A DNA stretch of 64,000 nucleotides from an uncultured Bacillota bacterium. GTDB taxonomy: Bacteria; Sysuimicrobiota; Sysuimicrobiia; Sysuimicrobiales; Segetimicrobiaceae. Below, in pieces: positions 36,902 through 45,785 of the stretch. Made by a program: the position numbers and the translations under genes. The stretch covers positions 1-64,000 of the forward strand of contig CAWDRG010000011.1 in NCBI GenBank assembly GCA_963804645.1. The letters run 5' to 3'. The notes beneath the pieces are model-generated. The model did no database searches. It was given only the letters and a program-made list of their open reading frames with translations, and had not been told where the DNA came from. Every line of letters starts with the position of its first letter. The stretch's first letter is position 1.

Positions 36902-38704
36902 TTACGACTTCCGCGTCCAGTCCGCGATGTTGCGGGTCTCCGAGTCAAACGGGGACATGTTCTGCCCCACATCCAGGCTGTTCACGTGGCCCGACACGAT
37001 CGTGCGGTCGATGATCGGCAGCGACACCGCCTGGTCGATGACCCGATCGTTCATCTTGATCCAGAGGTCGCGGTTCTTGTTGGGGTCCAGCTCGACGAGC
37101 GCCTGATCGTACCAGTCGTTGTACTGCTTGTCGATCCAGCGGCAGTTGTCGATCCCGGCCCAGTTGTTCACCTTCTGCGCCACCTGCTGGGACGGGTCCT
37201 TCGCGTACCACTGCGCCATGTACGACGCCGGGAACGGCGAGCCGAATGTGTCGGTGTACATCTGCACGTCGGTGTAAAAGTGGCCGACCGTGTCGTTGTT
37301 GCCCGGAGAGCTGCTGAAGAACACGCCCGCGTCGACCGACTTCAGGGTCGTCGAGACCCCGAGCTGGGCCCAGCCCTGCTTGATGATCTCCTGCTCCTTC
37401 TGCCGCAGGCTGTTCACGCTCGTCTGGAACAGCATCTGGAGCTTCACGCCGCCCTTCTGGCGAATGCCGTCCGGCCCGCGGGTATATCCGGCCTCGTCGA
37501 GGAGCTGATTGGCCATTGCGAGGTCGTACGCCATCTTCGTGTTCTTCGACGCGAGGCTGGTCGGCGTCGTCAGCACGTTCGCGGTCGCGTTGCCCTCCTG
37601 GCCATACAGCTGCTGGGCGATCGTCTGGCGGTCGAGCGCCAGCCCCAGCGCCTGCCGGACCTTGAGGTCCGTCAGGAACGGGTGCGGCGCCTTGAGCGAC
37701 GACCGCTCGCCGTCCACCGTCTTGTTCGGGTCGGTCTGGTTCGTGTAGATCTGCTCCACCCCGCCGCCCGCGCCGACCAGCAGCTGGCCCTTGCCCTCGG
37801 CCACCATCTGCTGCAGCACCGGCCACTCGACCTGCAGGTTCCACGCGTAGTCGTACTCCAGGGTCTCGAACACCGCGCGGGCCGCCGATGTGGGATCGCC
37901 GCCGCCCTTCAACTGCACCCCGCTGAACGCGGGCTTGTTGGGATCCCGGTAGTTGGGGTTGATCGTGTACACCACCTGGTCGCCCGGCCGGAAGCTGTCC
38001 ACCATGAACGGCCCGGTCCCGAACGACTTGAGGTTGAACGGCGCGTTCCGCGCGTTGCTGCCGATGTACGCGTCGAGGGCGTGGCGCGGCAAGATCATGC
38101 CCTGGGCGCCCACGAACGGCAGATACCAGGCCGGCGTTGCCGCCACGAACGTCACCTTGACCGTGAGCGGATCGAGCGGCTCGACCTTCGCGACGTTGAC
38201 GTAACTGCCGTAGGTGTTCGCCGCGGTCTGCTTGTTGTGCACGAACTGGAACGTGAACACGACATCGTCGGCGGTAAACGGCCGGCCGTCGGCCCACTTG
38301 ATGCCCGGCTTCAATTTATAAATGACCGTCTTGCCGTCCTTCCCGACCTGCCCGTTGGCCATGGACGGTACGTTGGCCGCAAGCACCGGCGTAAAGGTCC
38401 CGGCCCCGTCCAAGGTCATGAGCGGCTCGAGGACGACGCGCGAGGCGTGAAAGTCCTTCACACCGTCGGCGAGATGCGGGTTCAGGATGGTCGGCGCCTG
38501 CCAGTACAGCAGCTTCAGCGTCCCCTGCGAGCCGCGCGTCACCGCGCCGGCGGCCCGGGCCGCGCGCGGCGCGGCCGCCGAGAAGAACGCCGCGATCCCG
38601 GTCGCCGAGATGCCGAGCGCCGCGAGGCGCGTGATCGCCTGACGGCGGTTCAGCCGCCCCGTCCGAAGGTCTCGAAGCAATACCTCGAGTTGGTGATTGT
38701 TCAT
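36902..38704 (-). CDS. Peptide ABC substrate-binding protein (paralogue 1, Tat-like)
   Basis: LNRRQAI; same length and motifs as 34998-36800. Confidence 0.92.
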   Translation of the reverse strand: MNNHQLEVLLRDLRTGRLNRRQAITRLAALGISATGIAAFFSAAAPRAARAAGAVTRGSQGTLKLLYWQAPTILNPHLADGVKDFHASRVVLEPLMTLDGAGTFTPVLAANVPSMANGQVGKDGKTVIYKLKPGIKWADGRPFTADDVVFTFQFVHNKQTAANTYGSYVNVAKVEPLDPLTVKVTFVAATPAWYLPFVGAQGMILPRHALDAYIGSNARNAPFNLKSFGTGPFMVDSFRPGDQVVYTINPNYRDPNKPAFSGVQLKGGGDPTSAARAVFETLEYDYAWNLQVEWPVLQQMVAEGKGQLLVGAGGGVEQIYTNQTDPNKTVDGERSSLKAPHPFLTDLKVRQALGLALDRQTIAQQLYGQEGNATANVLTTPTSLASKNTKMAYDLAMANQLLDEAGYTRGPDGIRQKGGVKLQMLFQTSVNSLRQKEQEIIKQGWAQLGVSTTLKSVDAGVFFSSSPGNNDTVGHFYTDVQMYTDTFGSPFPASYMAQWYAKDPSQQVAQKVNNWAGIDNCRWIDKQYNDWYDQALVELDPNKNRDLWIKMNDRVIDQAVSLPIIDRTIVSGHVNSLDVGQNMSPFDSETRNIADWTRKS

Positions 38705-39046
38705 TAAGCGCCCCCTCCCCTACGTGTGATGTTCGGTCCGTGCGGGCCGCCGACTGCGGCCCGGGTGACGTCGGGGTCACCTCATGGGTTCTGTACGTGC
38801 GCAATTGGGTGGGGGTTCGCGGTGTTGCTACGAACTCCTCCGCCCCCGGCGCGGTTCGGCGGCCCCACCGGCACCCCGTGCGCCGCCGGGGATCCCGCGA
38901 ACGAGGGCAATCCCGCCGCCCGCCCGCGCACGAACCACAGGATATTGGACCCCCACCCGGCGCCGAAGGTCTCGATCGCGTCCCCGGCCAACACACCGGT
39001 GAGCGTGGGCCGGCGGGCGTCGCGGCCCGACACGGGAGGGAGCCGG

Positions 39047-40030
39047 ATGCTGCTGGCGGGAGACATCGGAGGCACCAAGACGGCGCTCGGCGTCTTCTCG
39101 CCCGAGGCAGGCCCCCGCGCCCCGCTGGCCGAGGCGACGTTCCGCAGCGGCGACTACGAGAGCCTGGAGGCGATCGTGCAGGAGTTCCGCCGGCAGCTCG
39201 CCCATCCGATCGACCGGGCGAGCTTCGGCGTCGCGGGTCCGGTCGTCGGGGGCACGGCCAAGATCACGAACCTGCCGTGGACGATCGACGAGACGCACCT
39301 TCGGCAGCTGCTCGGCCTGCAGCGGGTGCGGGTCGTCAACGACCTCGTGGCGATCGCAAGCGCCGTGCCCGACCTGGACGCGTCCGACCTGCACACCCTC
39401 AACACCGGGCGCGCGGTTCCCGAGGGCGCGATCGCGGTCGTCGCGCCCGGCACCGGCCTCGGCGAAGCGTTTCTCACCGCGAACGGCGGACACTACCAGG
39501 CGCACCCCTCGGAGGGCGGCCACGGCGACTTCGCGCCGCGTGGCGCGACCCAGTGGGGCCTGCTCGAGTCGCTCGCGCGGGACGGGTCGCACGTCAGCTA
39601 CGAGCGGGTCTGCTCGGGCATCGGGATTCCGCGCCTGTACGCGCACCTCAAAGCGGCCGGGACCGCACCGGAGCCCGCGTGGCTGACCGGGCAGCTCGCC
39701 GCGGCGGCCGATCCCACCCCCGTGATCCTCCGGGCGGCGACCGAGCACGTGCCGCCGGCGGAGTTGGCGGTGGCCACGCTCGCGCTGTTCGTGTCGATCC
39801 TGGCGGCCGAGGCCGGGAACCTCGCCCTCAAGGTCCTGGCGACGGGCGGCGTCTACCTCGGGGGCGGCATTCCGCCGCGGATCCTGCCCGCGCTCGACGC
39901 GGGCGGGTTCATGGCGGCGTTCCGCGACAAAGGCCGGTTGTCGGCCCTGCTCGACGCGATCCCGGTGCACGTGATCACGCGTCCCGACGTCGCGCTCACA
40001 GGCGCGGCGCGCGTGGGGCTGGACCTGTAG
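39047..40030 (+). CDS. glk: Glucokinase
   Basis: MLLAGDIGGTKT, ITNLPW, APGTGLGEA, SEGGHGDF, GGVYLGGGI. Confidence 0.92.
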   Translation: MLLAGDIGGTKTALGVFSPEAGPRAPLAEATFRSGDYESLEAIVQEFRRQLAHPIDRASFGVAGPVVGGTAKITNLPWTIDETHLRQLLGLQRVRVVNDLVAIASAVPDLDASDLHTLNTGRAVPEGAIAVVAPGTGLGEAFLTANGGHYQAHPSEGGHGDFAPRGATQWGLLESLARDGSHVSYERVCSGIGIPRLYAHLKAAGTAPEPAWLTGQLAAAADPTPVILRAATEHVPPAELAVATLALFVSILAAEAGNLALKVLATGGVYLGGGIPPRILPALDAGGFMAAFRDKGRLSALLDAIPVHVITRPDVALTGAARVGLDL

Positions 40031-40113
40031 CGCGGAGCCCCGAAGGCAAGCAGGGGCCGCCGCGCGCGAGGCCAAATCAGTGTGGTGCGACCTCGCGCCA
40101 CCAACCACCGGAG

Positions 40114-41070
40114 GTGAGTCCGATTAACTACCGCCAGCTTGGACGTTCGGGACTTCGCGTGTCCGTCTACGGGCTTGGATGCAACTCGTTCGGCGGCCGC
40201 GCCGACGAAGCCACCTCGGCGGCCATCATTCATCACGCCCTCGACCACGGCGTCAACCTGCTCGACACCGCCAACACCTACACGGAAACGCGGTCCGAGT
40301 CGATCATCGGCCGGGCCCTCAAGGATCGGCGCGGGGACGCGCTCATCGCCACCAAGTGCGCGGGCAAGGTCGGCGACGGCCCCAACGACCGCGGCACGTC
40401 TCGGTGGCACATCATGCGCGAGGTCGAGCGCAGCCTCGGGCGGCTCCAGACGGATCACATCGACCTGTACCAGATGCACACCTTCGACCCGCACACGCCG
40501 ATGGACGAGACGCTGCGCGCCCTGGACGACCTCGTGAGCCAGGGCAAGGTCCGCTACATCGGATGTTCCAACTTCACCGCCTGGCAAGTGTGCAAGGCCC
40601 TCTGGACGAGCGACCGGCACCACTTCGTCCGCTACGACTCGGTCCAGCCGGCGTACTCCCCGGCCGACCGCCGGATCGAGCCGGAACTCGTCCCGCTGTG
40701 CCTCGACCAAGGGGTCGGGCTCGTCGTGTACTTCCCGCTCGCGGGCGGCGTCCTGACCGGCAAGTACAAGCCCGGCGCCGAGCCGCCGCAGGGCTCGCGG
40801 GCGCTGACCCAGCCGCAGTTTCGCGAGCGCATGAACGAACGCAATCTGGCGCTCTCGGTCGCGATGCAGCAGCTCGCGGCCGAGGCCGGCGTCACGGTCG
40901 CGCAGCTCACGCTCGCGTGGGTGATCGGCCGCCCCGGGATCACGACCGCGCTCGTCGGCGCGACGCGCGTGGCCCAGCAGGAGGAAAACCTCAAGGCGGT
41001 CGACGTGACGCTCGCACCGGACATGGCGACGCGCATCGACGAACTCACCCAGGAGTTTGTGACGTTCTAG
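40114..41070 (+). CDS. Aldo/keto reductase (start GTG 40114 or ATT 40123)
   Basis: YRQLGRSGLRVS..GLGCNSFG, DTANTY, DHIDLYQMH, GKVRYIGCSN. Confidence 0.9.
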   Translation: MSPINYRQLGRSGLRVSVYGLGCNSFGGRADEATSAAIIHHALDHGVNLLDTANTYTETRSESIIGRALKDRRGDALIATKCAGKVGDGPNDRGTSRWHIMREVERSLGRLQTDHIDLYQMHTFDPHTPMDETLRALDDLVSQGKVRYIGCSNFTAWQVCKALWTSDRHHFVRYDSVQPAYSPADRRIEPELVPLCLDQGVGLVVYFPLAGGVLTGKYKPGAEPPQGSRALTQPQFRERMNERNLALSVAMQQLAAEAGVTVAQLTLAWVIGRPGITTALVGATRVAQQEENLKAVDVTLAPDMATRIDELTQEFVTF

Positions 41071-41115
41071 AGGCGCGGCCGTCCGGCCGCGCCGGGGACT
41101 GAGGAGGCACCGCAG

Positions 41116-41766
41116 ATGGACACACCGCAGATGCACGGATTCCTGTTCTACCGCGTGCCGCCGGGGGAACGGACCCCCGCGGGAGCCGGGCGCGCCCGGG
41201 AGGCGCTCGAGGAAGCGTCGAGCGTCCCTGGAATCGCCGGTCTGTACACGTACAGCCTCGTCGGGTTCCGCGGAGACGCCGAGTTGGGTTGCTGGGTCGC
41301 CGCGTCCGATCCGGACGCGTTTCAGGCCTCCGCGGGCGCGCTCGCGCGCAGCGGGCTGGAGCTCACGTGGAGCTTGTGGGGATTCGTGCGCCCGTCGCAG
41401 TACACGGGGCGCGACGGCACGAACGTCACCGTCCCCGGATCGCGCCGCCGCTTTCTCATCGTGTACCCGTTCAGCAAGACCCATGAATGGTACCAGATGG
41501 CCCCGGAGATCCGCCGCACGATGATGATGGAGCACGCGCGCTTCGGGCACAGCTTTGAGGAGATCGAGCAGCTGCTGCTCTACTGCACCGGGCTGTCCGA
41601 CTGGGAGTTCGTCGTCGGCTACGAGACCGACGATCTGACCAAGTTCCAAGAGTTGGTCACCGGGATGCGGAGCACTGCGGGGCGGCCGTACACGCTGCGC
41701 GACACCCCGACGTTCACCGGCCGGCATGGGTCGGTCGACGAGACGCTGCGCCGCATCTTCGGGTGA
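41116..41766 (+). CDS. Chlorite dismutase / coproheme decarboxylase (HemQ-like) family protein
   Basis: YSLVGFRGDAE, IVYPFSKTHEWY, MMEHARFG, GLSDWEFVVGYE, RDTPTFTG. Confidence 0.82.
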   Translation: MDTPQMHGFLFYRVPPGERTPAGAGRAREALEEASSVPGIAGLYTYSLVGFRGDAELGCWVAASDPDAFQASAGALARSGLELTWSLWGFVRPSQYTGRDGTNVTVPGSRRRFLIVYPFSKTHEWYQMAPEIRRTMMMEHARFGHSFEEIEQLLLYCTGLSDWEFVVGYETDDLTKFQELVTGMRSTAGRPYTLRDTPTFTGRHGSVDETLRRIFG

Positions 41767-41782
41767 GAGGGAGGAGAGCGCC

Positions 41783-42295
41783 GTGGAGTTCGCGCGCGTC
41801 TATGACGTCCAGCTGCAAGCCCGCGAGAAGCTGCTGACCTGGGTGCGCCCGCTGTCACAGGCGCAGTACACGCAGGCGTTTCCCTTCGGCATGCGGTCCG
41901 TCCGGGGCTCGCTCGTCGAGATCGCCCGGGCGGAGTTCTTCCTGTCACACCGGCTCCTGGAGGAGCCGCTGCCGCCCGCCGGCGAGTGGCCGTTCTCCGA
42001 AGCCAAGCAGCCGACCCTGGCGGACCTCGAGCCGGTGTGGGCCGCGCAGTCGGCCGAGATCCGCGCGGCCCTTGCCCGCACGACCGATTGGGACCGCGAG
42101 GTGACCGCGCGGCTCGTGCGGGAGAGCGGACCGGTCCGGCTGACGGCCACGAAGGGTGACATCGCCGTGCAGATCCTCCTGCACGACGTCCACCACCGCG
42201 CGCAGGCGATGGCGATGCTGCGCCAGTTGGGGGTGGAAGCCCAGAACCTCGACTACATTCGGTTTACGCAGCGCGCAGAGCCGGATCCGCGGTAG
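41783..42295 (+). CDS. DinB family protein
   Basis: SVRGSLVEI..AE, ILLHDVHHRAQAMAMLRQLG. Confidence 0.8.
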   Translation: MEFARVYDVQLQAREKLLTWVRPLSQAQYTQAFPFGMRSVRGSLVEIARAEFFLSHRLLEEPLPPAGEWPFSEAKQPTLADLEPVWAAQSAEIRAALARTTDWDREVTARLVRESGPVRLTATKGDIAVQILLHDVHHRAQAMAMLRQLGVEAQNLDYIRFTQRAEPDPR

Positions 42296-42315
42296 CCGGT
42301 CGGGACAGCGCCCGT

Positions 42316-45300
42316 CTACGACACCGTTTCGTCCGGCGCGGCCGCGGCGTCCTCCACCGCGGCGTACACCGGGAAGATCCCGCCGAGCCCGGACGTGTCG
42401 AGCAGGCGGCGCGCGGGCGACCCCGGGGACGCAACGAGCACGAGGCGGCACCGGCGCGTGCCGATGCGGCGCCCGACCTGCAGCAGGGCCTGCAGGCCGC
42501 GGCTGTCGAGATAGGACACGGAGGAGAGCGACAGCACGACGACTCCGGACGCCTGCACCACCGCATCCTCGAGCATCGCCGCAAACCGTGCCACGTTGAC
42601 CTGGTCGAGGTCCCCTTCGAGCGAGACGACGGGGACGGTCCCCACGAATCCGACCACCATCTCCGCCAGATCGTCGACCCGCCGGCGGGCGGTGGGCCGC
42701 TCCCGGGGCGTCTCGGCCGCTCGCAGCGTGGGCAGGGCCGCCGCGCGCTCCCGCAGCGGCGCGGCCGACGGGATCGCGATCGCCAGGCGGACCACGGTGC
42801 CCGTCTCGGTCGTGGTCATGTCCATGGCGTCCACCAGGCCGCGCATGAGGGTAATGCCCCGGCCTCCCCGCGTATCCGCGCGCTGCGGCCGCCACCGCCC
42901 CCGATCCTCGATCTCGACCCTGAGCATGTCTCCGTCGCGGCGCGCCCGGAGGTGCACCGTCCCAGGACGGACCCCGTAGGCGTGCTCGATCGTGTTGTTG
43001 ACAGCCTCCCCGGTCGCGATGATCATCGCCGACGCCCGCGAGGCCTCCACCCCGAGGTTCTCCATCAGCTGCTGCATCGCGTGGCGGATCGGACGCAGGC
43101 TCGACATCGCCGCGGGGAAGACCAGGTCCAGGCGTTCGAGCGGGACGGCGTCCAGCGCGACCACGACGATGGCGATGTCGTCCGACGCGCGCCGGTCGCC
43201 GACGACGCGCTCCAGGATCCGCGCCGCGGGGTCGGCCGACGGCGTCTCGAGTTCACGCTCGACGGCGGACAGGAGCGCGGCGTGTCCCGCGACGGCGTCG
43301 CGCGACACCTCGACCAGACCGTCGGTGTACAGCACGACGAGCGAGCCCCGCGCGAGGTCCACGGTCCACGACGGCGCGGGCTGCGCTTCCAAGAACCCGA
43401 GCGGCAGCCCGCCCGTGGCGAGCGCGTGCGCGCGTCCGTCCACGGCCACGATCGGCGCGGGATGCGCCGCGGTCGCGTAGGTGAAGGTGAGCGCGATCGG
43501 ATCCAGGACGCCGAACACCGCGGTCGTCATCGCCTCGTCCGCGTGACTCAGGCGAAGCACCTCGCTCGCGGCCGCCAGCACGCCCGCGGGCGCGCGGTGC
43601 TCGAGCGCCGCCGCGCGCATCGAGTGCCGCACCTGTCCCATGATCACCGCCGCGTCGACCCCGTGGCCCACGACGTCGCCGATCACGAGCGCGAGGCGGC
43701 CGTCCGGCAGCCGAAATGCGTCGTACCAATCCCCGCCGATCTCGGCGCCCGGGCTCGCGGGCACGTACGTCGCATGCACGTGCAGCCCGGGGACCTCCGG
43801 CAGCGTGACCGGCAGCAGCGCGTGCTGCAGGGTCTCCGCCACGCGGTGCTCGTGCGCGTACAGGCGGGCCCGCTCGAGCGCCTGCGCGCACAGGCGGGCG
43901 ATCGCGAGCAGCAGCGCCCGGTCTCGGTCCGAGAACTCAAGCGGCGTCGGAAACAGGAACAGCATCACGCCAAAGGGGGCGCCCGCCGTCTGCAGCGGCA
44001 GCACCGCGCGCGCGCCGACCGGACGCGGCAGCGGCAGGATGCCCGGGAACGATTTGGCCATGACGTCGAGCGACTCGAGAAACACCGCCGCCCCGTCGCG
44101 CAGGACGTCGCGGATCGGCGTCTCGCGATCCTCGACCGGGATGCGCTGCCAGCGCCGGCCGAGCGCCTCCCCGAGGCCGATGTCGCGGATCGCCTCGAGC
44201 GTCTTGCCGTCGGCGCTCAACAGCGAGACCAGGGCCGCGCTCGCCCCGATCGCCGGCAGCGCCTGGTCGATGACGACCGACGCCACGTCCGCCGGCGTGA
44301 TGGCTTTGGAGAGGCCGGCGGTGATCGCCTGGAGCCGCTCGACCGCCTGCCGCTGAATCTGCTCCGCCTGGTGCAGGCGCGCGTTGTCGACGGCGACCGC
44401 GGCGTGGCTCGCGAGCTCCTCGGCAAAGGCCAGATCGGACCGGGTGTACCGCCGTCCCGACGCGGTCGAAATGAACCCGAGCGCACCGAGCACCCGATTC
44501 CCGACCGTCAGCGGGACCACCATCATCGACCGGCATCCGAGCTCCCGCATCACGGCCCGCGTGCGGGGATCGCCGATGCTCCGGGCCAGCACCTCGTCGG
44601 TCGCGTCCTCGTACAGCACCGGCCGCCCGGTGCGGATCACCTCGGTCGCGAGCCGGCGCGCGCCGAGGTCGGACGGAAATCCTTCGCGCAGGGCCGATGC
44701 CAGCGGCTGCCGGTCGGGATCGTGGTGCACCACGGCCACGGGCCGGACCCGGCCGTCCTCGCCGACCAAATCGACGGTGCACAAATCGGTCACCCTGCGC
44801 ACGGCGAGCGCCGCGAGACCCTCGAGTGTGCGCTGGATGTCGAGCGAGGACCCGAGCACGTTAGCCGCCTCGACCAGGAACTGCTGGTGACGCTCGGTGC
44901 GCTTCCGGTCCGAGATGTCGCGGACGACCGCCGAGGCGCCGCTCACGGAACCCGACGCGTCGCCGAGGAGCGAGACCGTCACGGCCACGTCGATCGGCGT
45001 GCCGTCCTTTCTGATCGCGACGCTCTCGTAGCGCTGGATCGGGCCACCGCGCCGCAGCAACTCCAGCCGCTGCCGCATGTTGTCGGGACCGTCCGCGGGC
45101 GCGAGCATCGTGATCGGCTTCCCGATCGCCTCCGCGGCGGAGTACCCGTATAGCCGCTCGGCGCCCGCGTTCCACGTCAGGATGACCCCATCGAGCGACT
45201 GGCTTAGGATCGCGTCGTCCGCCGACTCGACGATCATCGCCAGGCGGCTCGACGCCCCCTGCGCGACGCGAAGCCGCGCCGCGCCTTCGACCGTCGCGAT

Positions 45301-45630
45301 CAGCACCAACCAGAACAGCGCGAGAATCGGCAGCGTCTCCGGAGACACGACCAGGGTGTACGCGGGCGGAATGATCAGGTACCATCCGGCGACCATCGCC
45401 ACCAATCCGGACACGACCCCCGGCAGGCTGCCGAAGTAGTACGCGACGATGCCCACTAACGGGATGTCGAGAAATAGAAAGCCGTCCTTCGGGAACGACA
45501 AATGCAGGCACCATGCCACGACGGTGGTGAGCAGCGCCGCGAGGACGGCCACGATGATGCCCAGGACCGTCTCGCCGCGGTTCATCGACAGCGGAAGTTG
45601 CATTTGAAGAGGCCGACCAAGATTCGCCAT
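42316..45630 (-). CDS. Membrane sensor PP2C phosphatase: DUF4118-PAS-GAF-GAF-SpoIIE-HATPase_c-STAS fusion
   Basis: IVESADDAI..WNAGAERLYGY (PAS); GGDWYD, GDVVGHG, LYTDGL, DDIA (PP2C); EAVNNTIEHAY, GRGITL (anti-sigma kinase-like); YLDSRGL (STAS). Confidence 0.88.
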   Translation of the reverse strand: MANLGRPLQMQLPLSMNRGETVLGIIVAVLAALLTTVVAWCLHLSFPKDGFLFLDIPLVGIVAYYFGSLPGVVSGLVAMVAGWYLIIPPAYTLVVSPETLPILALFWLVLIATVEGAARLRVAQGASSRLAMIVESADDAILSQSLDGVILTWNAGAERLYGYSAAEAIGKPITMLAPADGPDNMRQRLELLRRGGPIQRYESVAIRKDGTPIDVAVTVSLLGDASGSVSGASAVVRDISDRKRTERHQQFLVEAANVLGSSLDIQRTLEGLAALAVRRVTDLCTVDLVGEDGRVRPVAVVHHDPDRQPLASALREGFPSDLGARRLATEVIRTGRPVLYEDATDEVLARSIGDPRTRAVMRELGCRSMMVVPLTVGNRVLGALGFISTASGRRYTRSDLAFAEELASHAAVAVDNARLHQAEQIQRQAVERLQAITAGLSKAITPADVASVVIDQALPAIGASAALVSLLSADGKTLEAIRDIGLGEALGRRWQRIPVEDRETPIRDVLRDGAAVFLESLDVMAKSFPGILPLPRPVGARAVLPLQTAGAPFGVMLFLFPTPLEFSDRDRALLLAIARLCAQALERARLYAHEHRVAETLQHALLPVTLPEVPGLHVHATYVPASPGAEIGGDWYDAFRLPDGRLALVIGDVVGHGVDAAVIMGQVRHSMRAAALEHRAPAGVLAAASEVLRLSHADEAMTTAVFGVLDPIALTFTYATAAHPAPIVAVDGRAHALATGGLPLGFLEAQPAPSWTVDLARGSLVVLYTDGLVEVSRDAVAGHAALLSAVERELETPSADPAARILERVVGDRRASDDIAIVVVALDAVPLERLDLVFPAAMSSLRPIRHAMQQLMENLGVEASRASAMIIATGEAVNNTIEHAYGVRPGTVHLRARRDGDMLRVEIEDRGRWRPQRADTRGGRGITLMRGLVDAMDMTTTETGTVVRLAIAIPSAAPLRERAAALPTLRAAETPRERPTARRRVDDLAEMVVGFVGTVPVVSLEGDLDQVNVARFAAMLEDAVVQASGVVVLSLSSVSYLDSRGLQALLQVGRRIGTRRCRLVLVASPGSPARRLLDTSGLGGIFPVYAAVEDAAAAPDETVS

Positions 45631-45785
45631 CCGAACTCCCCCCAGAGGGTGGCGCGCCGAGCCCGTGCCCGAGGGTCCGGGCGGCGGCTCGGCGTCGACT
45701 GTTGTTCGCCGCGGACCGCCCCGCACCCTGTCCCGGCAGAGGCCCCGGCCGGACGGCCGGAGAAGTGGCCCGGGGAGCCGTACGC

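Noticed and set aside
38710..39040. Riboswitch or ncRNA in the divergent SBP/glk intergenic region
   Set aside because: GC-rich pairing is possible but no recognisable aptamer consensus.
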